Shown here: positions 26,701 through 39,200 of the stretch, piece by piece
How the letters are laid out: the number at the start of each line of letters is the position of its first letter
How positions within the stretch are numbered: the stretch's first letter is position 1
Assembly: GCF_964355755.1 (NCBI RefSeq)
Contig: NC_092676.1
Coordinates: 2,237,788 to 2,301,787 of the forward strand
Source of the DNA: Antedon mediterranea
Taxonomy: Eukaryota; Animalia; Echinodermata
Direction of reading: 5' to 3'
DNA length: 64,000 bases
The notes under the pieces: generated by a model
The model's database searches: none
Told to the model about the DNA's origin: nothing
The model's input: the letters and a program-made list of their open reading frames with translations, nothing else
Program-made: the position numbers and the translations under genes

Positions 26701-29700
26701 CTCCGATCATTATGAAGCGGATATTAGTATCTGTAGAGGAAAAAAAATGTGGTTATATGTATAATTCATTCCAAATAGTTTACTTCCCGTCATTGTATAG
26801 GATATAACTTTTAATTTGTGGTTTACCAAATGAATATAAACATATCACCTACAATCACAAGTAAGGTTGTAATACTAAGCAAAAGAAAGTTTTCTTTGTG
26901 TTTTGTTTTAATTGGTTGTGAAATCAATACCTGTCAATATTACTTGCAGTAAAACCACATAAAAAGGTATAATGTAGGAAAAATTAAAATAGATTTGTTG
27001 ATAAAACGAAAAAATGTCAAGAATGCAAATTGTCAGCATAACGGATATATCAGAAAATGTTAACAATGTATTGTTATAAAAAACAATTTTTTTTTTTAAG
27101 ATGAACTTCTTATATTGTAAATATGCAAGCATGTAAAGCTCTGTCTACACTATCAAACTTTATGTGGCAAAAAAACTGTGACATTTATATAGTCCATATA
27201 TGGACACGATGATGTCATATTACTACTATATTTGGGCACATCACACTTTCTTTTGTCAAACTAGTTTGATAGTGTAGACAGGATTTTAAAGGGATTCTCT
27301 TGTCCACAGCATTTTTACCATCACTTTCACTGCTGGTACAAATATAGTTTAAAAAGGGCATTTCAAGTTATAAGGGTATTATATCTATTTAATGATAATA
27401 ATAACATATGTTCATATGTACCTTTCATTTTAAGCACTTGGCATACTTCATTCTCAAACACATATCCAAATTAATTTAATTTAGGCTACATAGAAATATG
27501 ATATTATACATTGGTCTTAGCACGCTGGAATCCCCTGTTAGGTCAAACTTAATGTTAGTGGCGTGGAAAATAAGTAGGCTTCTTCGCCAACAGGTGGTCT
27601 CTAACTCAGTCCATGCTCAGTGTGATCGTCTTCTATTGCACTTGTTTGTCAATGTTTAGTATGAAAATAGTTTTTTTAATATATAAAGATAAAAACTCTG
27701 TAAATAATATGTTTCACAGTGTAGTTTGGTTGATTTTAATATTTATATACTAATTGTTTATATTTATATTTTCATTTACGGTAGGGATATTGTCAAAATT
27801 ATTATACTGCAGTAAACAGTACAGTTACTGCAATGTACAAATTTAATTTATTTCAATGTAGAACTTATGAGTCACTGCAATGTATGATTACACAATAAAG
27901 GTTGCTAAATAACTGCATAAACAGGTAAAGAGAAAACAAAATGTAGTTACTGCAATAGATTAATTTTTACATAGCCCTTATGTAGTGAATTTATTTTAGT
28001 TGGTACCGAGCTTTCTCAGGCGTATATAACTCCACGCGACGTACACAGCTGTCACTGAATGATAACTCATACAAAAAGTATATTTTACTCAACTAGAACT
28101 TTTATTCCTTGTAATTCGTTTAATACATCTTTCTACCACTACCAGTCAAGCCTTATTTTCTTTATCATCTTTCCGTTTATCTACTCTGATCTTATTCTCT
28201 CTTCTCCCTTAATATCTATTACATTCCACTTTTATACTGGATATGCAAATTTTAGGCTTCAGAGGAGGATAACATTTTCCCTCCAAAATTTACACGATTT
28301 TGATTGGCTAATATAAGGCGGACCTGGTCTAAAGCATCCTTCTCTAAACACAGACAATCACAACATCAATAATATGACAAAGATTATCAAACAAATTGCA
28401 GTTAAATTGAGCTTAGATTGAATTTTCCATATTCTAATTGTGCATAATTTATTAGAAACACAAGACAGCTTTACTTCACCGTTCTTTGAGGGCGATATTG
28501 TCCTGGACTTGGACAGTCAATTTCTTTTGGCGAAACAGAATCTTGAAATGGACAGTCGGCGGTCAAGACGAGCAATACGAAGACCAAAGGCTAGGCTATG
28601 GCCACGTGGCGTCATTCCATATGAAATTGACAATGGATTTGGTGAGTATATTTCTATCCGACATTCTACACATCTTTATGAACAGAAGGTACAGTGCCTT
28701 ATTTTATTATTTACTGTATATTTATCTAAAAACTTTTTTTTTTTGGTACTTTCAGATGAAAAGACAATTGACATCATAAAATTGTCAATGAGACAATGGG
28801 AACGAAACACTTGCATTGATTTTAAAAAGAAGCGAAAGTCGGACAAAGATTATTTGCAGTTTAGGTATCAGCCTGGGTAAGCAGCAACTCAAAAGTAGTA
28901 AAAATGGTATTTTTGGTTTGCACCATTTATATTGTCTTAAGCATTGTCCACACTATCAAACAAGTGTGATGTGCCCAAATATGGTAGTGATATGACATCA
29001 TCGTGTCCATATATGGGCACATCACATTTTTTGTCACATAAGGTTTGATAGTGTTGACAGAGCTTAAGAACTTGGTGTTTTATGATACATTCTTGTATAT
29101 TTGTAGTTGTTGGTCATACATTGGCCGGCAAGGAGGAAAGCAGATAGTATCATTTGGACCTGGTTGTGCCATACCTGGAACTATCATACATGAACTGGGA
29201 CATGCAATAGGATTCTGGCATGAACAGGTAGGTGTATACACTCTTACACTCTGTCTACACTATCAAACTTTATGTGAAAAACAAATGAGATGTGACCATA
29301 TATGGACATGACATCATATCACTATCATATTTGGGCACATCACACTAGTTTGATAGTGTAGACAGAGCTTTATGAATATATAATTTAGCAATGGTTGAAT
29401 ACTTTGGTTAGGTTTCAGTCTGTGTGTACTGTGTGATCACCAAACAGAGATAAAGCAGAGAACTCAAGAGGAACCCAAGAAAAGTGCTGCTATTGGCCGA
29501 TTTTTTTAGATAAATCCTAAATTAAATTAAACATTTTGCATATTTAACCTTTGAACTATCATCGGAATCATAGAAGTCAATAGAAACACAGCCAGTCCCA
29601 ATGTCACAAATCAAGGCCTACTGAGTTCAGTTGTGTTTAGTACCATTTGAAATTGGAACTACAATCTTCAAAATGTAAACATTTCAGGGTTTTTGGATGA

Positions 29701-31122
29701 ATATAAATTCATACTCAATCAGTTAATAAAATGTTTTGTACTTAACAGGGACGTAGAGACAGAGACGATTACATTACAGTACTGGATAAAAACATAGCTC
29801 CTGGCTTAGAAAAGAATTTTGGAAAAATCGATAAAGGTAACATCACCTCAATGGGTTTTGCCTATGATTATGAAAGTATCATGCATTACGGGGAAAAATA
29901 CTTTACGAAAAATGGTAGGCCGACCATCAAGGTGAAGAAGGAGTACAAAGATCGTAAATTTGAAATAGGACAGAGAGACCACATAAGTGATTTGGACAAG
30001 GCGCAGATAAGAGCCATATACAAGTGTAATAAGACTCCAGTTAAAGGTATGTGGGTTTGTCTAGCACTAGACTGGCAAAGAAAGAAACATCAGCTATTCT
30101 TTCAAATAAGTTTACAAAACTATTGTAAAAAGGTTAAATCAATAAACAAAAGATTAAAAAAAGCACTTAAATTTTATAAATCTATGGAGGTTTGTCTGTT
30201 TGTTCGCTATACAAGTTTTGTCTACTGCATGCATCCATACACAAGGGGTATAAAATGACCACCACTGGAAGGTTTTAAAGAACATTTGAACTGGAACCAA
30301 GGTGGGGTATAAGAGTAAAGCCTGTTTTCCTGTCGACGTAATTCGACGCTATCGTTAACAATAATCGGCGATCTTCTACGTAAACATTGAAATGTTAACG
30401 ATTTACAGGAAAAGGTACTCGCTATTGTTACTATTTCAACTTGATCGTTTTCAAACGATCGTCGTTGAACTGTAACGATCAACGACGATAGCGTCGAATA
30501 ACGTCGACAGGAAAACAGGCTTTAGGTAGGGGGGGAAACAATATAATATGTGGGATAATGATTGTGGTATCAAAAAGACCAGAATTGTACTTGGAAGGGT
30601 TTAAACTACATTTTAACCCTCCATCAGGGGCAGAATCCCCTAAATTTCACAAATTGTAATGCAAAACATTGGAAATATAATGCAAATTAAGTTTACCACT
30701 TCATTTTCACTTATAGGCCCCCACCCTCTCTATTTCAAAATCCTGGATCTGCCACTGTCCATTGAGTGGAAGGGGAGCACCTACTGAGGGGTAGGTATCT
30801 TTGCTAGTAATGTATAAAGATACCAATTAATTCTTGTAATTTATTTTCAGGTGCGTGTTTTAAAAGCAAAGCTGGAGACGGCCGTGAATACCGAGGAAAA
30901 TTAGATTACACGGAAAAAGGGATAACTTGTCAGAAATGGTCATCGAACTGGCCGCACCGGCATAACTATTATTCCGAAGTCAAAAAGGTACAAGACAAGA
31001 AGGGCTTCGGCGATCACAATTACTGTCGAAATCCCGGTGGAAGGAGAGAAAGATTATGGTGTTACACGACATTGAAGGACAAAACCTGGGACTATTGTGA
31101 CATCAAGATTTGCAACAAATAG
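23746..31122 (+). CDS. Secreted astacin-family (M12A) zinc metalloprotease with C-terminal kringle; exons 23746-23878, 24467-24514, 24975-25055, 28456-28641, 28756-28876, 29107-29227, 29749-30046, 30851-31122
   Basis: Signal peptide, WEIN and FEGDI pro-motifs, furin-type [25 protein letters not shown] zinc motif, SIMHY Met-turn. The last exon reads [31 protein letters not shown] (kringle). The three 5' exons are less certain than the core. Confidence 0.88.
27137..27285. mobile_element. MITE family B (AGCTCTGTCTACACTATCAAAC termini)
   Basis: TIR agctctgtctacactatcaaac ... gtttgatagtgtagacagg, TAA/TTA flanks. Related copies at 7271 (partial), 28940 and 29247. Confidence 0.8.
28940..29064. mobile_element. 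MITE family B copy
   Basis: Same TIRs and interior as the 27137 copy. Confidence 0.8.
29247..29369. mobile_element. MITE family B copy, inverted relative to the 28940 copy
   Basis: Its reverse complement aligns along the whole 28940 copy; TTA flanks. Confidence 0.8.
30319..30521. mobile_element. MITE family C with 37-bp TIRs
   Basis: agcctgttttcctgtcgacgtaattcgacgctatcgt ... acgatagcgtcgaataacgtcgacaggaaaacaggct (1 mismatch), TAA/TTA flanks. Confidence 0.85.
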
Positions 31123-33158
31123 TTGAAGGTGAAAGAATTATTTTGTAATTAAAAACAGAAAAAAAAACAAAATGTACAATGGTTATACCAATCTGTGAAT
31201 AGAGGTTGGAGTATTATGTATTGAAGCATGAAATTACTGTACAAATGCTGTATCTATATACATATTATTTTAGTAAGCAGTATTTATGTACATAATAGCA
31301 CGCCAGTGGTGGATCTAGGGTGGGGGGGGGGGGGAGCTAACAACCCACATCCCTGCCAACACAATCCCACAATATAATCTGAAATTCATTTATCATACTA
31401 AAAAATATAAACAAATTTCATAAACTTCACACACAATTGTGATGTATAAATTATTAATATAATAGAGTGATCAATGATACTTTCTTTTTGTGGCTCCCCT
31501 ACCACCCCCCCCCCCCCCTCTTGTGAATGAATTTCTAGGTTGGTTACTGGATTTACATTGGTTCCTATTACTGTACAAGATCTCTATAGAAATCTAAATC
31601 CTTAGTTTAATATGAAATGTTGTTTGTGTTACTCAATAATTTAAATAAGTTTTTAATATTATTTATTATATAACATATAATATTATTTTATCATCATTCT
31701 TTATTTAATAAATTATAACATTTAATACTGCAAATATGTTGTTAATTTAAAATATTGGTATGCAAAATTATATCAATTCCTCTATCAATATTATACCTCA
31801 ATTTTTTATAATTAATTAAAAGTTATAAAATCAGTATTTTAACAAAATTGGTAAAATTCCAACAGTGTATATAATCTATATTAAAATAAAGTATTATATT
31901 TAAGCGCATAATCGTATATATTGAATTCTGAATTAGAAAATTTAGGTTTTACAAAAGAGGAATGTTTGAAATGTTTTAAAACTAATTATTATTTGAATAT
32001 ATATATAAATAAGGTTATCAAAATATTCTAAACAGGGTATAACATTAGTAAAAAACATCCCAATTGGAAATTATTGTAATGCAAAACAATTTAAAGATAT
32101 ATTTTCCCCAAAAAACATGAAAAATGAAGATTAATAATTCAGACTTTGAATAGGCCATTTTGCAGTTTTAATAAAGTTATTCACTTATAAAAAGACAACA
32201 GTTAATTGTAACAGAAAACCATTGTCTGAAAAGACAATTTAAGCACTGTTTTGCTTTATATTACATTTTTTTTCAGGTAAAAATATTTTTTTTTTATCAT
32301 CCAGTTTTTGGTCAAAGTTAATAACTATCATGTGACATTAAAATGACATATTCAACAACAAATTTAATTTTTTTTTGTAGGGGGACAATATATCTACAAT
32401 AAATGTAAATTAAACAGAAAAATAGTTTACATTGAATTGCACAAAGGGCAACAGTATATTTAGTTTTACATCTTAGAAAGTTTGGATAATTTACCTGTAT
32501 ATAAATTGTGTTTTTTTTTATATTTGTATATATTATAAATTTTAATTGAATACATTTACCATTCTGTATATTCTTAAATAAATAAGAAAATTTTTTGTAA
32601 CCGGTAAATTGGTTTTAGAAATAACATGTATATTTTTAATAGTATTACAACCTTATACTCATTACCTGGTTAGACATCTTGTTTTCAATTCTTCTTGAGC
32701 CAATTAAAGTATTCTGTATATTAAAATTGAAATAAAATTAACAATCTTAAAATATGTATGTGTAATATTTTATTTCATAGGTGATGCAATCGGCCATGGG
32801 CCCAACTAAGAATGTGTACTAGATAACTACTACTTTTATCTCCCCTATTGGTCTATTTGTGTCTAGCTGCCAGCTGGAGTAATGGCTATGAGCACTCACT
32901 GGCTAAACTCAGCGCCCAGAGAAAAAAACAGGCCTTAAAAATATTTCGAAAAAGGCTAAAAAACGTGCGAGGCCTTCAGCCTAGGAGGGCCAATTAGGGC
33001 CAATTAGGGTCCTTAAACCAGGGGTCTCAGGCCTCTGTTTTAAGCCACTGTAGCTGCAACAAAGGTTTACAGTACATTCATTCAACAGGAGCAGAAATGA
33101 ACCAGGTGTCTAAATAGTCAAATGTGCCATTTACATTCTTAAACACTAACCTAATACT

Positions 33159-34461
33159 TCACTTTACAAGATCAAGTGTCGTACACATCTGCTTGAAAGT
33201 CATTTTTCCTTTTGTTAACATCATTCTGATAGACTCCTTTAAAAAAACAAAGCGCATTATTAGTTGTTATAACCCACTTAAGTGAATTCTTGTCATTTGA
33301 TTTGATGATTTTGGGTCACATGATATGTACTAGTCTATAGCACTCTCTGGAGTGCAGTGTATGCAATGTATACAATCGATTAAGATTGGTTCCCACTAGA
33401 ACGTAACGCAAGGACGTAAACGCAACGCAAGCGTTTTAAACAATGACAAGCGAAGTTATAGACAGTTAGCAAACACAAGCGAATAAGCCATCGCTTGTGA
33501 TTGGTCAATTCACTTGCGTTGCCTTACGTCCTTGTGTTGCGTGGCTAGTGAGAATCACGCTTTACTGTAATATTAATAACTACATAATCAATGTTTAAAT
33601 GTGTGGTATCTGTTGTTACTGGGAGGGATAACATGTTAATAGGGAGTTTCGCAATCTTACGAATACGATAACGAAAACGTCACGCACACGTATTCGTTTT
33701 TCGTAAGCCAGTAAAAATCTGTTTCGCATGGCAACAAAATATTGATGGCGCCGTACAAAATATGACTGCGGTAAATTTGAGCGAAGCGCAGGTACGTCTT
33801 GCTTGGCTGCCAAGGCCTAGCGTAACGGCGATCAACATCAAATCGAGTGAGGACTTTTAAAAAAGCTGCTATTTATCAAAATTTACCTGGCATTTTAGTA
33901 AATTACTTTAATGAAGAAGGATATACTGTACCTCGTCTGTTATGTGTTTCTGATTTCTGAACTCTTGCCTAACCCACAATGTTAACTCCTTTCGTTGACT
34001 TTCATCTGGAATTGTGCGTATAGTTTTCATAATATCTTGATAAAGCTGTAGAACTTGTCGTCTAAGCATAAACTATTGAAAAGAGGAAAATTATTATAAA
34101 ATTATGAAATTTGTAATTAATTTTTTGAGCATTACAAATTCATTGATTTTCTTCAATTCAACGAGAGGTATCTCAATGTCTAAACTTAATTTTAGGGCCT
34201 GGAATAGCAATAAAATCAGGTAGTGAGCCCTCTCTGTCTAGCTGGCCTTAGCTAGCCGGCCTCCTAGTTGATTCTCCCTACATGTTGTAGGCTGCGTACG
34301 AGCTGGCTCTGGGTGGGCAAAACTAGGCTAGGCTAGGTAGGGGCCCGGGTAGGGGCCTAGCTGTAGGCTAGATAAGTCTGATAAAAACGAAGGTAAATAT
34401 TTTCTAATAAAATATCAGCTTCATTAATTGCAATCTAACCTACCTGTTTCAATGAAAGCAT
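33159..34461 (-). CDS. LYRM2: LYR-motif protein 2, 78 aa; exons 34461-34444, 34072-33932, 33236-33159
   Basis: Spliced translation MLSLKQ|FMLRRQVLQLYQDIMKTIRTIPDESQRKELTLWVRQEFRNQKHITDE|ESIRMMLTKGKMTFKQMCTTLDLVK* parallels human LYRM2 (LTLKQFVRRQQVLLLYRRIL...WAREEFRRNK...IRMMITQG). All introns are phase-0 GT-AG. Confidence 0.9.
33383..33561. mobile_element. MITE family A in LYRM2 intron 2
   Basis: Near reverse complement of the 15624 copy, with TTA on both sides. Confidence 0.8.
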
Positions 34462-34922
34462 TGTAAACTTTCCGGAAAAACTAGTAAACACAAATTTGTA
34501 TTTGTCAGAGCGAGAGAGACACAATCGACTCCCTAGCGCCACACTTCGCTCGCTCTATTTATTTATTTGGATAGCGCCCCCATACGTTAAAAAACTTTAC
34601 GAAGTTTCGCGCGAAAACCCAGAGGAAAATGTTTTCACTAAAAAGCGGTTGTTTTAATAGAAGTTTTAACAGACGGAGTTGTAACTAAACAACTCCCTGG
34701 AATAATAATGAATATTCAGATGACATCGGATATTCTAATTAGGACAAAGACGTTTCCGAATAAGTAAATTAACATTAAATAAATAATTAAATGAATCAAT
34801 CATTTAAACTTTAAACAAACTTCTGCGCACACGCGCGCAATTAGTCTCTTTCTGTATATTTATTTTTCAGTTGCTGGGGTTGATGCGCATAATCTGAATA
34901 TTTCCAAATTTTCTATCATTAG

Positions 34923-34971
34923 GTGCCACCATGGAACTATAATATATTATATTATAGTTCCATGGTGCCAT
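34923..34971. mobile_element. P-superfamily-like excision footprint: 17-bp perfect inverted repeat between 7-bp direct repeats
   Basis: gtgccac|catggaactataatata-t-tatattatagttccatg|gtgccat; similar structures at 10383-10429 and 12252-12284. Confidence 0.6.
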
Positions 34972-36004
34972 CGACGATAGTGGTGGTTAATTGTGGATTT
35001 TACAGAGAAATATAAGTCAGTGAAACAAATTAAGTCAAAATGTAAGTTATTCACACTTCTGAATTAGTGTGTGAACGCTACATACACCCATTACACTATT
35101 TGTTCTCCAGGCAGCCTCCGTGTGAACGTAGTTATAGTCAAACTCATCATTAGTATTTCTAATTGAAAGATTAAACTGTTCAATGATATTCAAAATTAAT
35201 TAATCATATTGCCACGTGAAGTTGTGACTGTAATGCATTTTGAGTGGACATTGTGGTGAACAATAAACGTAATTATAAACATATGAGAGAACGTTCCGTA
35301 ATTGTGAATCTTTATAAGCTTTGACTAAATGTTGAATTAAAAATCTTGAATGGCAGTTTATGATTTTTGGTATGTTTTACCCGTGTATGTGACGCATATC
35401 TACTTTGTGTTTTAAGAGAAGGCGTCCACAATAAGTAATCCGTCCTCCTGTAATCAGTTTTAATGTGTTTTATACTCGGATTATATAATTGAATCCGGAT
35501 TGCAATCCGAGAATCTATCTATATGTTTATTTTCCATCATCATCATGTATCTTGTCATGTTGTATTTTTGTGAGGGTCCCTATTGATCAGCTTTGTTTGG
35601 ATGGACCACACTCGTAAAATATTGTTGAAATACTACTACTAGGTTTCAGCTTGACGCGCGCGCAATGAGAGGACGTGAGCGCGCGATTTACTTGACCAAT
35701 CACGGCACGATGGTTAATAGAACTGTTGTTTGTGATTGGTCAATGTCGTCGTACATGCTTACGTCATTGCGTACGATGCATCCAAATGTGAAATCAATCT
35801 TATTTAAATGCGCGTATTACTATGGTGATCTCCACATCATCCTCAGACTGTAGGGAGCATACTTGGAACAACTTGTCTCTGTTGAAACTTTGAAAACATT
35901 ATTTTAACTTCAATGCTCCAGCTTTCTTTACTTGTTCTCTTTCTTTAAATCCAGACATGCTTTAACTTACTCTGCTTCAACTTACGCTTCAAATTACGTA
36001 GCCA

Positions 36005-36270
36005 TAACATCGGCAGGGGTTCGAGGCTAACTCACTCTATGGTTCTGGTGGTAGAACGAGTCTTCTCGGATAAGGACTATAAACCGTAGGTCCAGTGTAC
36101 ACATCTAGCTCGTGTGCACTTTAAAGAACCTAGTACATCTTTCGAGACGAGTAGGGGGTTACCCCGGTGTATTAGTACATCACAGCCACTGATCACCAAC
36201 TGGACCCTCTGGGAGACCAGTCTTTGACTGAAGAGGTTACCCAGTATAAATATAAATTTCAATTCAATTC
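36005..36270 (+). mobile_element. SINE with Deu/Nin-domain-like core
   Basis: B-box-like ggttcgagg; ggataaggactataaaccgtaggtcc ... ttaaagaacc ... gagtagggggttaccccggtg resembles the DeuSINE/AmnSINE1 central domain; (ttcaa)n tail; the 3' part recurs inverted at 40719. Confidence 0.65.
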
Positions 36271-39200
36271 CTTCAAATATTTACTCAAAACCACCCAGGT
36301 AGCATATTAATTAATTTAAATCAAATTCTGAAGATTTCTATTATAAATGTTGTGTTATTTTGGTGGTGGCCTAATGATCAACTTCGGTTGGATGGACCAT
36401 CCTCATAAAACATTAATAATCGAATAATAATAGAAAGATGAAGGACGTACGCATGAACAAATTTGGTAGAATTATATTTAAAAAAAAGTAATTTCGTGTT
36501 TCCATCAGTCATAAGGGTTAGAAGTTGCTACACTCCAATACCGAGATCTCACATCAACCCCCAAATCCTACCACACAGCGTTACACTGTGCGCTAACTGA
36601 ACTGTCGTACAACAGGTCATTAAAATAAATACTTATAGTAGATACTTATTTTACTTTTAATTGAACACCTGAAGAGTCATGTGACGACGAAAAACCAATC
36701 GGGGAACCAAATTTTCAAATGCAGCAACAGTTAAAAAAAACCTTTAAAACTTAGGATGAAGAATAATTAATAACTATACTTTATATGGACTGATTCCATT
36801 TCAGATATTATTTAATTGAAAATAATTTTATATAAAATTAACATTAAATTTCTGTGTATTGTTTAGTCAGTTATGTTTATCATTAAAAAAAAAGTTATTT
36901 TAGTTACGTAACTCTTTTACCGGTTTTCATTTTCCACCTCATTCACTTTTTGACTGCGCTTTCTTACAGACTTGATTTAACTATATTATTGCCTTTGCCT
37001 TCATTAGTTGCCTTACTTGAAAACATGGAACGAAGAGTAGAACGGTGAGCAACATTTAGACATTTAACTTATTAACATTGTTTAAATATTTTTTTTCATA
37101 AATTCTATGCAAGTTTTTTTAAAATCTAACTAGGCTCGCCTAGGCTAGGCCCAGTGAAGTTTGTTTATTTAATGTACACTGAGTAGGCCGCGCCTATTTA
37201 TCGATCGGCGCTTACCTAAACTAAGTTGTTGGCTTGATGTCTACTTATTTAGCCCAGGCTGAGATGGGATATGACCGGTTGGGCCGCCGACAAGTTGAGC
37301 CGCCGGTAATTTCTATGAAACGCCCAGTGCGTCAAAATAATTCAAATGTTTCTATGACGAAAACTGACAAATAAAAGAACATTTTTTTAATGGCTGCCAT
37401 TTTGAGCAAGAAATGACATAAAGTTTAAAACTGTTATCAACATTTTTATTGTCTTAGTCTTGATGTCAATTTTGTGTTTTATATTTATTAAGATTCACCA
37501 AATAAATGTTTGCTTCTATTTTCTTCCACTCCGGATTGATGAATTTGAGTTCTGTCATCTGAATTTATTACAGTTTGTTAGTTTGGATATATGTCATATA
37601 ATTAGCTCAAGCTCAATAGGCCTATGTGTGCCAACAGATGTTTTTGGGCTAACATAACATTTGTTATTCTTGAAACTTGGTGACTTCAAAATTAATTCCA
37701 TTTTATTTGACCACCTTTCAGCCGCCATTTTGAATTTCAAAATGGCCAACATTCCACACTAAACCTGGTCATCCATGATGTCATTGGAAAGGGAATATAA
37801 AACAGATAATTTTTTTCCATTACACCCATATGAAAAAAATGCATAGTTGTAGTTACTTTAGCAATTCTGTTGAAGGATTGTTGAATATGACATTTTACTT
37901 ACACTCTGAAAATGGAGAGTAGCCAATGATGTATTCATATTTTAAATTAATATTAACATGGATAGAGTTCAAATGGATATAGAATAATTATTGAATATCA
38001 AAGAAAACAATTCTTTCAATAAGTTAAAATGAAAAGTAAGATTTAGTTGACTTTAGCATTCCCTACAGTGGCAATATTACTCCAGGGAGTAACTTGGAAC
38101 TAACCCAATCAGGTGTGAGAATGTCTTTCTATGACAAGACACTGACCAACAGAATAAAACAAATCCATTTAAAATAGTTTTCCCAAACTGTACTGTTTAG
38201 TGCCTGGGTTGGTTTCATTTGATAGTTTTTACAGTTTTACTACTTACTGTCTGTCCCAATTTTTTCAAGTTTATGTGTACATACTGTAGATTTTTGTTAT
38301 TGTGTTTGTCAACATGAGGTGTTCCTTCCCTTTACCAATTTTGCTGATTTCTGACCATCATTTTAGGGATTAAGGTCTAGGACTATTAATTGCATTTTAA
38401 TTGGATTACGATAATAGCTTGTTTAGATTAGGAAGTTTATTGCTTAAGCAAGTAAGCAAGGTCAGCTAGTGCTCTCTGCCAAGTAAGCTGGAACTACTTT
38501 CTAAATTCATTAGCTCTGGTGTTATGTTTGTATTATACTTTATAGGATTCCTTTTTCTACTATAATAATATGTGCTTTATTATAATATATATATGTACAG
38601 TATTGTCACCCAAAAACAATGAATATTTTATTTATTTTTTAAATACGCAATTTTGCAGATGCAAAAAAATGTTTTCTCTTTAATAAAAAGGTAAATTCAA
38701 TCAAAAACCATTGACTTTCAGTCAATTTGATTTTTTTTTTCTATAAATTGTTTTTTTTTTATCCAATTTTTGGTCAAAGTAAATATCTTATGGGACTACA
38801 TACACCTCCTTGGCCGAGATAAAATATTGTCTTGAAAAAGTGAATAAAATATTGAATATGTTATTGTCATTTATAGGTATTTCAACTCCTTATTAAAACA
38901 TTTTTCTACCAATTGCAATTTTCTACCCAATTGAAACATTGTACTATCCATTTTAGCTTTCATGCTAGCCAAATCAGGGGCGTTTCGGCCTATGGACGAT
39001 TCGTCCCGAGACGTTTCGGCCCACTTTTTTATGTCGAAACGTCAAACTTTTATAATTTTAAGCAGAACAAAATTGTATGTATAAAATTTTATTGCCGATA
39101 ACAAAACTGAGTTTTATATTGTTTATATCCAGACGTAATTAAAATTATAAATTTAATTGCCACCGAGCGAAATTGTAGTGTAGACCCTAACTAATCCGTC

